DNA from: an uncultured delta proteobacterium | GTDB taxonomy: Bacteria; Desulfobacterota; Desulfobaccia; Desulfobaccales; 0-14-0-80-60-11 | Length of the DNA stretch: 64,000 nucleotides | Reading direction: 5' to 3' | Assembly (NCBI GenBank): GCA_963812015.1 | Contig: CAWETI010000003.1 | Coordinates: 1 to 64,000, forward strand | Shown here: positions 19,510 to 28,457 of the stretch, piece after piece | Position numbering within the stretch: position 1 is the first letter of the stretch | Layout: each line of letters opens with the position of its first letter | Notes under the pieces: model-generated | What the model was told of the DNA's origin: nothing | The model's database searches: none | What the model saw: the letters and a program-made list of their open reading frames with translations, nothing else | Position numbers and translations under genes: made by a program

Positions 19510-19674
19510 GGAAGGATTATAGTGAAATTCGCAACATTTTTTAACCCCTAAATCCTTAAAAATATGAAATACCTCCTGAATTGCGCCGCCGCCAGGAAAA
19601 CAGCGGCGGGAAAGGGGAATTATTGACAAGCGCGCTGAATCCATATATTTCTAAACTGGAAGAGGTGTAAGCCT

Positions 19675-20160
19675 TTGGGGGCGGAAAACCGGGGGTATCG
19701 CAGACTGATCCTGGCCCTGGCCACCTGGGGCGGGGTTGGTTATCTGCCCGTGGCGCCCGGCACCTGGGGAACCCTGGCAGCCCTGCCGCTCTGGTATCTT
19801 CTGGCCCAGACCGGCCCCTGGGTCTATGGCCTGGGGGTGGCGGCCTTGCTGATCCTGGGCCTCAAGGTCGCGGGCCCCGCCCAGGGGATGTTAGGGCGGA
19901 CGGACCACGGGGCCATCGTGGTGGATGAAGTGGTGGGGCTGCTCATCACCCTGGCCGGCGTCCCCCCGACCTGGCAGGCCGCGCTCCTGGGCTTTGTCGT
20001 GTTCCGGACCCTGGACATCCTGAAACCGTTTCCCATCCGCTGGTTCGGCGCCGGCGGCACCGGCGGCCTGGAAGTGATGGTCGACGACGTGGCCGCGGGG
20101 GTGATCGGCCGGGTGGTGGTGGAGATGGTTATGATTGTTTGGGGGAGGGGTTTTTCGTAA
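19675..20160 (+). CDS. pgpA: Phosphatidylglycerophosphatase A
   Basis: APGTWGT, IVVDEVVG, FRTLDILKP and VMVDDVAAG motifs. Confidence 0.93.
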   Translation: MGAENRGYRRLILALATWGGVGYLPVAPGTWGTLAALPLWYLLAQTGPWVYGLGVAALLILGLKVAGPAQGMLGRTDHGAIVVDEVVGLLITLAGVPPTWQAALLGFVVFRTLDILKPFPIRWFGAGGTGGLEVMVDDVAAGVIGRVVVEMVMIVWGRGFS

Positions 20161-20168
20161 GGGCGGAA

Positions 20169-20270
20169 TAGTTATCAGTGGCCAGTTATCAGTTGTCAGA
20201 AAAACAACTGCCTTTTTACTGATCACTGACCACTGATCACTGACCACTGACCACTGACCACTGGCAACTG
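20169..20270. repeat. Heptamer tandem repeats in inverted arrangement (ACTGACC-like)
   Basis: AGTTATC/AGTGGCC units face about 7 ACTGA(T/C)C units. Confidence 0.7.
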
Positions 20271-20272
20271 CT

Positions 20273-21511
20273 ATGATGCAAGGCGAGATCATCACCACCG
20301 GCACGGAGTTGCTCACCGGCCGGGTGGGCGATTGCAACGCCCGCTATGCCGCCCGGCGACTCCATGAGGCCGGCTTGGGGGTGGTGCGGATCACCACGGT
20401 GGGCGACCGGGCCCCGTTGATCCGGGAAGTCCTGGCCGAGGGGTTGGGCCGGTCGCAGTTTATCATTATTACCGGCGGCCTGGGGCCCACGGAAGACGAT
20501 GTCACCCTCCCGGCGGCGGCCCTGGCTTTGGACCGGCGGCTGGTGGTCCATGCAGGTCTGTTGGACCGTATCCGGCGTTGCCTGGGAGAGCGGCAAATCC
20601 CCTGGGAAGACCGCTACGCTCGCCTGGCCCTCATCCCCGAAGGCGCCCAGGTTTTGGACCCCGGCGGCATGGCTTGCGGTTTTGCCTTGAAGCAGGGGGG
20701 CGCCCGTCTCTTTTTCCTGCCCGGGGTGCCCGAAGAGATGCAGACCCTGTTCGATGGCTTCGTGCTGCCCGCCCTGGTGCACGAGGCCGGCGGCCGTGGA
20801 TTTCTGGCCCAGCGAACCCTCCGGCTCTTTGGCATTTCGGAAACCCAGCTCCAGGAAGTGATCCACGACTTGCCGGAATTCCGGCAAGGGGTGGAGGTGG
20901 GATATTATCCCAATTTCCCCGAGAATCATCTCACCCTGACGGTGCGGGGGCAGGATCAGGCGGCCTTAGAGATCGCCCTGGACCGCCTCACCGCGGCCCT
21001 GGGGCGGGAGGTGGGTGAGGTGCTGTTGGGGCCGGATGAAATGACCCTGGAAGAACTGGTGGGGCGCCGCCTCAATGCCGGCAAGCTTACCCTGGCGGTG
21101 GCGGAGTCTTGTACGGGGGGCCTCATCGGGCACCGCCTCACTAACGTGCCCGGCTCCTCGGACTATTTCCTGGGCGGGGTGGTGAGTTACAGCAATGAGG
21201 CCAAACGAGACCTGCTCCGGGTGCCCGGGGACATCCTGGCCCAAACCGGGGCGGTGAGCCCGGAGACGGCCCGGGACATGGCCCGGGGGGTGAGGGAGGT
21301 CTTCCACGCCGCCATCGGCCTGGCGGTAACCGGCATCGCCGGACCCAGCGGCGGCAGTCCCGGAAAGCCGGTGGGCACCGTGTATATCGGCCTGGCCACC
21401 CGCCAGGGGGAAGACGTGTGGCACTATCAATTTCACGGCAACCGGACGGAAATCAAAACCCTGACCGCCGAGACCGCCCTGGACCGGTTGCGCCGAATGC
21501 TTAAGCCTTAA
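20273..21511 (+). CDS. cinA: CinA family nicotinamide-nucleotide amidohydrolase
   Basis: GTELLTG, TGGLGPTEDD, LPGVP, AESCTGG and TGIAGPSGG motifs. Confidence 0.93.
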   Translation: MMQGEIITTGTELLTGRVGDCNARYAARRLHEAGLGVVRITTVGDRAPLIREVLAEGLGRSQFIIITGGLGPTEDDVTLPAAALALDRRLVVHAGLLDRIRRCLGERQIPWEDRYARLALIPEGAQVLDPGGMACGFALKQGGARLFFLPGVPEEMQTLFDGFVLPALVHEAGGRGFLAQRTLRLFGISETQLQEVIHDLPEFRQGVEVGYYPNFPENHLTLTVRGQDQAALEIALDRLTAALGREVGEVLLGPDEMTLEELVGRRLNAGKLTLAVAESCTGGLIGHRLTNVPGSSDYFLGGVVSYSNEAKRDLLRVPGDILAQTGAVSPETARDMARGVREVFHAAIGLAVTGIAGPSGGSPGKPVGTVYIGLATRQGEDVWHYQFHGNRTEIKTLTAETALDRLRRMLKP

Positions 21512-21558
21512 GGGTATTAATCAGGGTCTGAATAGATTACTGTTAACCGAACCTTTTA

Positions 21559-21651
21559 GAAATCCCCCCTCCCCCCCTTTGTCAAAGGGGGGGAAATGAG
21601 TGGCTCCTTGAGAAAGTCCCCCTTTGAAAAAGGGGGATTTAGGGGGATTTT
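21559..21651. repeat. CCCCCTTT..AAAGGGGG palindromic repeat (family C)
   Basis: CCCCCTTTGAAAAAGGGGGATTTAGGGGGATTT; a second copy lies at ~40197-40272. Confidence 0.7.
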
Positions 21652-21763
21652 CAATCAGGCTATTTCTGCCGGTGGAATCTATTCAACTCTTCCCAAATTA
21701 CTCTTGGGAACGAGGCGAATGTACGAAACTGAAAGCTGACTGCTGAAAGCTGAGAGCCCTAAA

Positions 21764-22327
21764 ATGATCCGCGCCTTTCTGGCCATTGAGCTGCCCGATA
21801 GCCTGCGTCCCGGTCTGGCCCAGGTCCAGGGGGAGCTGAAAAGGAGCCGCGCCGAGGTACGCTGGGTGCCGGTGGGCAACATTCATCTCACCATGAAATT
21901 TTTCGGCAACGTCCCGGATGATGAAATCGGCTCTTTGACCCTGGCGGCCCGGGAGGTGGCGGCGGCCGCGGCCCCCTTTCAGCTCCAGGTGACCGGCGCC
22001 GGCGCCTTTCCGTCCTCCAAGGCTCCCCGGGTGGTGTGGGTGGGGCTCGGGGGTGACGTGGTCCCCCTGACCCAGCTCTTCTACCGGCTGGAAAAGGCGT
22101 TTGCCACCCTGGGGTATCTCCCGGAGGGCCGGGCCTTTAATCCCCATCTCACCCTGGGCCGGGTGAAATCCCCGGTGAACCGGGAACGGCTGGCGAAGAT
22201 GCTGGAAAAGCTGCCGCCGTTAAGCTGGCCGCCCTTTACGGTCAAGGAGTTGATCCTGTTTCAGAGTGTACTGTCGCCCCAGGGATCGAAGTATACGCCG
22301 TTGGAGGTGATTCCCTTAGGAGAATAA
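21764..22327 (+). CDS. thpR: RNA 2',3'-cyclic phosphodiesterase (2H family)
   Basis: Two HxT motifs (HLTMKF, HLTLGR) and PRVVW. Confidence 0.92.
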   Translation: MIRAFLAIELPDSLRPGLAQVQGELKRSRAEVRWVPVGNIHLTMKFFGNVPDDEIGSLTLAAREVAAAAAPFQLQVTGAGAFPSSKAPRVVWVGLGGDVVPLTQLFYRLEKAFATLGYLPEGRAFNPHLTLGRVKSPVNRERLAKMLEKLPPLSWPPFTVKELILFQSVLSPQGSKYTPLEVIPLGE

Positions 22328-22537
22328 TCGGGGCATGGTAGCCGCAGGCTTTAGCCTGTTTCGCACAGGCTGGAAAGCCCGTGCCACCAACAAAAAATTA
22401 TGAGGAATCCCAGGCTAAAGCCTGCGACAACAGAGCATCACAACCTTATCCAACCCTTATGGGGGTTTGGGGGAGGGGGCAGGGGCCGTCGGCCCCTGGT
22501 CCCCTCCCCAAAAACCAAAACTAAAAAGGAACCAATT

Positions 22538-23569
22538 ATGACCGACCAAAACTCCGCGGAGCGCACCAAGGCCCTGGACCAGGCCCTGGGGCAGATTGAA
22601 AAGAACTACGGCAAGGGCGCCATCATGCGCCTGGGGGCCGAGGAAAAAATAGATGTGGCCGTGATTCCCACCGGCTGTCTCTCCCTGGACCTGGCCTTGG
22701 GGATCGGCGGCGTGCCCCGGGGGCGGGTGATCGAGATCTACGGCCCGGAATCCTCGGGGAAAACCACCCTGGCCCTGCACGTCATTGCCGAAGCCCAGCG
22801 CAAAGGCGGGGTGGCGGCCTTCATCGACGCCGAGCACGCCCTGGACGTAACCTACGCCCGGAAGCTGGGGGTCAAGACCGAGGACCTCCTCATCTCCCAG
22901 CCCGATTCCGGGGAGCAGGCCATGGAAATCACCGAGATCCTGGTACGCTCCAATGCCATCGACGTGGCGGTGGTGGATTCGGTGGCCGCCCTGGTGCCCC
23001 GCTCCGAGATCGAAGGGGACATGGGGGACGCCCAGATGGGCTCCCAGGCCCGGCTCATGTCCCAGGCCCTGCGCAAGCTCACCTCGGCCATCAGCAAGTC
23101 CATGACCTCGGTGATCTTCATCAACCAGATCCGCCACAAGATCGGGGTGATGTTCGGCAACCCCGAGACCACCACCGGGGGCAACGCCTTGAAGTTCTAC
23201 GCCTCCATGCGCCTGGACATCCGTAAGATGGCCGCCATCAAGCAGGCCGACGAAGTTATCGGGGTCCACGCCCGGGTCAAGGTGGTGAAAAACAAGCTGG
23301 CCCCGCCCTTTAGAGAAGCGGAATTCGACATTATCTACGGCCAGGGCATCTCCCGGGAAGGCGACCTGCTGGACCTGGCCTCGGCCCAGGGCCTCATCGC
23401 CAAGAGCGGCGCCTGGTACAGCCACGGCTCCGAGCGCATCGCCCAGGGACGGGAGAATGCCAAGACCTATCTCAAGGAGCACCAGGAACTGGCCGACGAC
23501 CTGGAGAAACAAATCCGGGCTTTTCACGGCTTGCTGCCCGGCGACGCCCCAGCCCAGCCACAGGAGTAG
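22538..23569 (+). CDS. recA: Recombinase A
   Basis: [16 protein letters not shown] and [10 protein letters not shown] motifs. ATG at 22538 follows an AAGGA SD. Confidence 0.98.
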   Translation: MTDQNSAERTKALDQALGQIEKNYGKGAIMRLGAEEKIDVAVIPTGCLSLDLALGIGGVPRGRVIEIYGPESSGKTTLALHVIAEAQRKGGVAAFIDAEHALDVTYARKLGVKTEDLLISQPDSGEQAMEITEILVRSNAIDVAVVDSVAALVPRSEIEGDMGDAQMGSQARLMSQALRKLTSAISKSMTSVIFINQIRHKIGVMFGNPETTTGGNALKFYASMRLDIRKMAAIKQADEVIGVHARVKVVKNKLAPPFREAEFDIIYGQGISREGDLLDLASAQGLIAKSGAWYSHGSERIAQGRENAKTYLKEHQELADDLEKQIRAFHGLLPGDAPAQPQE

Positions 23570-23572
23570 GCC

Positions 23573-26215
23573 ATGACCAGCCGCGAGATCCGGGAAACCT
23601 TTTTGCGCTTCTTTGAATCCCAGGGGCACACCAGGGTGTCCAGCGCATCCCTGGTGCCCGCCGGGGACCCCACCCTGCTGTTCACCAATGCCGGGATGGT
23701 GCAGTTTAAAAAGGTGTTCCTGGGAGAAGAATCCCGGCCCTACAGCCGGGCCGCCAGTTCCCAGAAGTGCGTCCGGGCCGGCGGCAAGCACAATGACCTG
23801 GAAAACGTGGGCTTCACCGCCCGGCACCACACCTTCTTCGAAATGCTGGGGAACTTCTCCTTCGGCGATTATTTCAAGGAGGGGGCCATCGAGATGGCCT
23901 GGGAGCTCCTGACCCGGCACTATCATTTGCCCCCGGAGAAATTGTGGGCCACCGTCTTCCATGAGGACGAAGCCGCGGCCCGCCTCTGGGAGAAGATCGC
24001 TGGGCTGCCGCCTTCCCGTATCATCGGCATGGGCGAAAAAGACAATTTCTGGGCCATGGGCGACACCGGCCCCTGCGGCCCCTGCTCCGAAATTCTCATC
24101 GACCAGGGCGAGGCGATGTCCTGCGGCCCGGACTGCGGTATCGGCAAGTGCGAGTGCGACCGGTATCTGGAAATCTGGAACCTGGTCTTCATGCAGTACA
24201 ACCGCACGGCGGACGGCGTCCTTAACCCCCTGCCCAAACCCAGCATCGACACCGGCATGGGCCTGGAGCGCCTCTGCGCCGTCATCCAGGGGGTCAAGAG
24301 CAATTTCGACTGCGACCTGCTGCGGCCGGTGATCGCCGGGGTCGAGGCCCTGGCCGGCCAGTCGTATGGCGCCAGCGAAACCCAGAACGTGCCCTTCCGG
24401 GTCATCGCCGATCATTCCCGAGCCGCCGCCTTCCTGATTGCCGACGGGGTGCTGCCGTCCAACGAAGGCCGGGGCTACGTGCTCCGGCGGATCATGCGCC
24501 GGGCCATCCGGTTCGGGCGGCTCCTGAACCTGCCCACCCCGTTCCTGTCCCGGGTCTGCGATGGGGTGGTGGATTTGATGGGCGAGATTTATCCCGAACT
24601 CCATGATATGCACCAGATCATGACCCGGGTGGTGGCCGGCGAGGAAGAGCGTTTCGCCGACACCCTGGACCACGGCCTCAAGCTCTTGGGCGAGGAGTTG
24701 GACTACCTCAAGACCCACAGCGAGAAGATCCTGCCGGGGGAAGTGGCCTTCAAGCTTCATGACACTTACGGCTTTCCCCTGGACCTGGTCCAGGACACCC
24801 TACGGGAAGAGGGCCTGGTGCTGGATCTGGAGGGCTTCGAAGCCCACATGCGGGCCCAACGGGAAGCCTCCCGGCAGTCCTGGAAGGGTGGCCCCGGGGA
24901 GGAAATCCCCGCGGTCTACCAGGAATTGGCGGAATGGCCGCCCACTCAATTTCTGGGCTACGAGGCCATGGAAGGGGACAGCGACATCCTGGCCCTCATC
25001 GTGGAGTCCGGCCACAATGCCCAGGCCGAGGCCGGTGAAGAGGTGGAGGTGATCACCGGGGCCACCCCCTTCTACGGCGAGTCCGGCGGCCAGGTGGGGG
25101 ACACGGGCCTCATTTCCGGCGAGGGCTGGCGCGTCCGGGTGACCGCCACCCAGAAGCTGCCCAACGACCTCATCGTGCACCAGGGGAAGGTGGAGGAGGG
25201 CGTGGTCCGGGTCAACGACCCGGCGCATCTTGCCGTGGACGCCGGGCGCCGCCGCCGCATCATGAGCCATCACACCGCCACCCACCTCCTCCAGGCGGTC
25301 TTGCGGCGTCACCTGGGGGACCACGTCAAGCAATCCGGCTCTTTGGTCTCACCGGAGCGCCTCCGCTTCGACTTCACCCACTACCAGGCCATCAGCCCCG
25401 GGGAGTTGGAGGCCATCGAACTGGACCTGAACCAGGCGGTGGCGGCCAACCTGCCGGTGCACACCGACCAGATGTCCATGGACCAGGCCCTGGAGCTGGG
25501 CGCCACCGCCCTGTTCGAGGAAAAATACGGCGAGGCCGTCCGGGTGGTGGCCATCCCCGAGGTCAGCCAGGAGCTCTGCGGCGGCACCCACGTGGAGCGC
25601 ACCGGTGACTTGGGCCTGTGCAAAATCACCACCGAGACCTCCATCGCCGCGGGCATCCGGCGCATCGAGGCGGTGTGCGGCGTCGACGCGGTGAAACTCA
25701 CCCAGGAGCAGGCCCGGGAGCTGGATCAGGCCGCGGCCCTGGTGAAGGGCAGCCGGGCCGACCTGGTGGCCCGCCTGGAAAAGATGCTGGCTCACCAGAA
25801 GAAACTGGAAAAAGACCTGGAGGCCCTCAAGGGGCGCCTGGCCTCGACCCAGGCCAAAGACCTCATGGACCAGGTGCGCCAGGTGGAGGGCGTGGCGGTC
25901 CTGGCGCTCTCGGTGGACGCCGCCGACCCCAAGACCCTCCGGGATTTTGCAGTGAAGTTCCAGGATAAGCTCAAAAGCGGCATCGTGGTCCTGGGCAGCG
26001 CCGCCGGCGAAAAGGCCATGCTTATTACCCTGGTGAGCAAGGACCTGACCAAACGCTTCCCCGCCGGAGAGATCATTAAAGCCATCGCTCCCAGCATCGG
26101 CGGCAGCGGCGGCGGCCGGCCCGACATGGCCCAGGCCGGCGGCCCGGACAAAGATAAACTCCCCGTTGCCCTGGAACAGGTCTACGAGGTCATTGCCAAA
26201 AAGGCGAAGGGGTAA
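23573..26215 (+). CDS. alaS: Alanine--tRNA ligase
   Basis: LLFTNAGM, HHTFFEMLGNFSFGDY, HTATHLL, ELCGGTH and GGGRP motifs. Confidence 0.98.
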   Translation: MTSREIRETFLRFFESQGHTRVSSASLVPAGDPTLLFTNAGMVQFKKVFLGEESRPYSRAASSQKCVRAGGKHNDLENVGFTARHHTFFEMLGNFSFGDYFKEGAIEMAWELLTRHYHLPPEKLWATVFHEDEAAARLWEKIAGLPPSRIIGMGEKDNFWAMGDTGPCGPCSEILIDQGEAMSCGPDCGIGKCECDRYLEIWNLVFMQYNRTADGVLNPLPKPSIDTGMGLERLCAVIQGVKSNFDCDLLRPVIAGVEALAGQSYGASETQNVPFRVIADHSRAAAFLIADGVLPSNEGRGYVLRRIMRRAIRFGRLLNLPTPFLSRVCDGVVDLMGEIYPELHDMHQIMTRVVAGEEERFADTLDHGLKLLGEELDYLKTHSEKILPGEVAFKLHDTYGFPLDLVQDTLREEGLVLDLEGFEAHMRAQREASRQSWKGGPGEEIPAVYQELAEWPPTQFLGYEAMEGDSDILALIVESGHNAQAEAGEEVEVITGATPFYGESGGQVGDTGLISGEGWRVRVTATQKLPNDLIVHQGKVEEGVVRVNDPAHLAVDAGRRRRIMSHHTATHLLQAVLRRHLGDHVKQSGSLVSPERLRFDFTHYQAISPGELEAIELDLNQAVAANLPVHTDQMSMDQALELGATALFEEKYGEAVRVVAIPEVSQELCGGTHVERTGDLGLCKITTETSIAAGIRRIEAVCGVDAVKLTQEQARELDQAAALVKGSRADLVARLEKMLAHQKKLEKDLEALKGRLASTQAKDLMDQVRQVEGVAVLALSVDAADPKTLRDFAVKFQDKLKSGIVVLGSAAGEKAMLITLVSKDLTKRFPAGEIIKAIAPSIGGSGGGRPDMAQAGGPDKDKLPVALEQVYEVIAKKAKG

Positions 26216-26291
26216 AAGATTGTGGGGGAGGGGGCTAAGGGCGGGTGCCCTTACCCCCTGCCCCCACACCCCCTCCCCCAATCCCGTAAGA

Positions 26292-26315
26292 AATGTAGGG
26301 TGGGCACTGCCCACC
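26292..26315 (+). repeat. GTAG REP, 24-bp direct repeat left of the TIR gene
   Basis: AATGTAGGGTGGGCACTGCCCACC, identical to 27297-27320. Confidence 0.8.
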
Positions 26316-26331
26316 CTAATGGATTTAATCT

Positions 26332-27275
26332 ATGGCCACTGAGGAAAAACAATTTGAAGTTGCTCTTTCTTTTGCTGGCGAAGGCCGCCAGTATGTCGAA
26401 GAAGTTGCGTCAAATCTAAGGAAAATGGGGATTAAGGTTTTTTACGATAAATATGAAATAGTCACTTTATTGGGTAAAAATCTATATGATCATTTGCAAG
26501 ATGTTTATCAAAACAAAGCAAGATATACGGTAATGTTCATTTCTAAACATTATGCAGAAAAAGTATGGACAAACCATGAGAGAAAAAGTGCACAAGCTAA
26601 GGCATTCGTTTCAAATCAAGAATGTATATTGCCCGCTCGCTTTGATGATACAGAAATTCCCGGCCTACTTCCCACAGTTGGCTATATTAATGCCTCAGAT
26701 TATTCTCCAAAGGAGCTCGCTAACTTAATAAAGGAAAAAATTGGACCTATTCGAAGAGTAGAATTTTTCCCCGAAGAACCTGATGTTTTATTTACCGAAT
26801 TAAAGATTAAAAGCAAGAAATATAAAAATGAAGTAAAATTATTAGCACAACACCTATTTGAACAGTTAAAGCTAATGACTATTGAAGAACGAAATTTGTT
26901 ATTTGCAACTGTCGCAAACTCATGCCCGGCAGGATATCCAGATAACGTACATTTAAATATTGAATTTTTAAGCAGAATTGTTGGCAAATCAATTGATGAA
27001 ATTGAGACAATGTATTCTAGGCTTGACTGTCTAGGAATAAAATCAATAATTAAATTAGAAAAAGAAGAAGATAATATTTGTAAAGAATTTCATGTCATTC
27101 AGATTGAATATCAACCTCTTTTGGTATCATTGCCTGATATTGAAAATGCACCCTTGTATTAATTGCAATAGTGAAAATTTTTGGTGAAAAATTATGTCCT
27201 AATTGCAGAGAAATAGCTTTTGAGAATCTTGACTTTTCAATACTTAGTGCTTTAACTGGATTCCCTGAGCAATAA
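26332..27275 (+). CDS. TIR-domain protein (AT-rich); ORF stops at 27162, -1 frame continues to 27275
   Basis: FEVALSFAGE, VFYD, FISKHY, WTNHE (putative catalytic Glu) and ILPARFDD motifs. Confidence 0.82.
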
Positions 27276-27296
27276 CCAAATTAAAACACCAAGAGT

Positions 27297-27320
27297 AATG
27301 TAGGGTGGGCACTGCCCACC
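27297..27320 (+). repeat. GTAG REP, 24-bp direct repeat right of the TIR gene
   Basis: Identical to 26292-26315. Confidence 0.8.
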
Positions 27321-27348
27321 ACAGATTATAGCTTTCCTGGAGAACCCT

Positions 27349-27561
27349 ATGAAAAAACATCGGTTCACCGTATTAATCGAACGGGATGAAGATGGTTACT
27401 TAGTGGCCACGGTTCCGGCCCTCAAGAGTTGCTATACTCAGGCGAAAACCATGGAAAAGCTCATGCCCCGGATCAAGGAAGTTATCGAACTTTGCCTCCA
27501 AGAAGAGGAACCGGTGCCTATGAGCTTCGAGGCGGTGCAACATATTGAGATCATGGCATGA
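27349..27561 (+). CDS. hicB: HicB family antitoxin (short form)
   Basis: IERDEDGY..VPALKSCYTQAKTMEK..IKEVIEL. Confidence 0.85.
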   Translation: MKKHRFTVLIERDEDGYLVATVPALKSCYTQAKTMEKLMPRIKEVIELCLQEEEPVPMSFEAVQHIEIMA

Positions 27562-27797
27562 GCCGCCTGCCTACCATCAGCCCCAGCTTGATGGTCAAAT
27601 TTCTAAAAGAAATGGGGTTTGAAAAGAGCCGCCAACGTGGAAGTCATATCTTTTTCCGCCATATTGACGGACGCACTGCGACAGTCCCGTTCCATAAAGG
27701 CGAGGATTTGGGCCGTGGTCTGACGAATAAAATTCTCCACGATCTAGATGTATCTCGTGATTTCTTTCTGGCATGGTTAGAGAAAAATAAGGGTTAA
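27558..27797 (+). CDS. hicA: HicA family toxin
   Basis: GF..RQRGSH..F.H.DG..TVPFH motif; ATGA overlap with hicB. Confidence 0.88.
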   Translation: MSRLPTISPSLMVKFLKEMGFEKSRQRGSHIFFRHIDGRTATVPFHKGEDLGRGLTNKILHDLDVSRDFFLAWLEKNKG

Positions 27798-27884
27798 TTT
27801 ATGCCCCAACCTATTTTTTGGGAACGATTTCATTCCGACCGATAAGAAAGTAACCCTAAATACACTTCGATTTGAGGCTAAGAT

Positions 27885-28439
27885 ATGACCGGATACATTC
27901 TCCTGGGCGTGGTGGTGGTCCTGCTTCTCGGGGCCATGACGATTTACAACAAGCTGGTGACCAACAAGAACATGGTGGCCGAGGGCTGGAGCGGCATCGA
28001 CGTGCAGCTCAAACGCCGGGCCGACCTCATCCCCAACCTGATTGAATCGGTGAAGGGCTACATGGGCCACGAGCGGGGCGTCCTGGACCAGGTGACCGAA
28101 CTCCGGACCAAGAGCCTGGCGGCCCAGGGCGTGGGCGACAAGGCCAAGGTGGAAGGGGCCCTGGGCGCGGCCTTGGGGAATCTCTTCGCGGTGGCCGAAA
28201 ATTATCCCGATTTGAAGGCCAGCCAGAATTTTATAGAGTTACAAAAATCCCTGGCCGACATCGAGGACCAGATCCAGCTGTCCCGGCGCTACTACAACGG
28301 CGCCGCCCGGAACTTCAACATCCTGATCCAGTCCTTTCCCAGCAACCTGTTAGCCTCCGCCTTCCACTTCACCACGGTGGAATACTTCGAAATCGAGGCC
28401 GCCGCCGACCGGGCCGTGCCCAAGGTTGCCTTTCCCTAA
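27885..28439 (+). CDS. lemA: LemA family protein
   Basis: IDVQLKRRADLIPNL, ENYPDLKA and RRYYN motifs. Confidence 0.93.
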   Translation: MTGYILLGVVVVLLLGAMTIYNKLVTNKNMVAEGWSGIDVQLKRRADLIPNLIESVKGYMGHERGVLDQVTELRTKSLAAQGVGDKAKVEGALGAALGNLFAVAENYPDLKASQNFIELQKSLADIEDQIQLSRRYYNGAARNFNILIQSFPSNLLASAFHFTTVEYFEIEAAADRAVPKVAFP

Positions 28440-28457
28440 GTGGACGGGTACGCCAAT

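Noticed and set aside
22400..22537. N-terminal extension of RecA in the ORF track
   Set aside because: It runs through repeats, and a proper SD plus ATG exists at 22538.
22457..24760. 767-aa minus-strand ORF
   Set aside because: Antisense shadow of recA-alaS, expected from high-GC codon bias; no recognisable motifs.
26292..27320. REP and heptamer repeats as a CRISPR array or integron attC sites
   Set aside because: No regular repeat-spacer periodicity, no cas or integrase gene, and no attC-type ends recognised.
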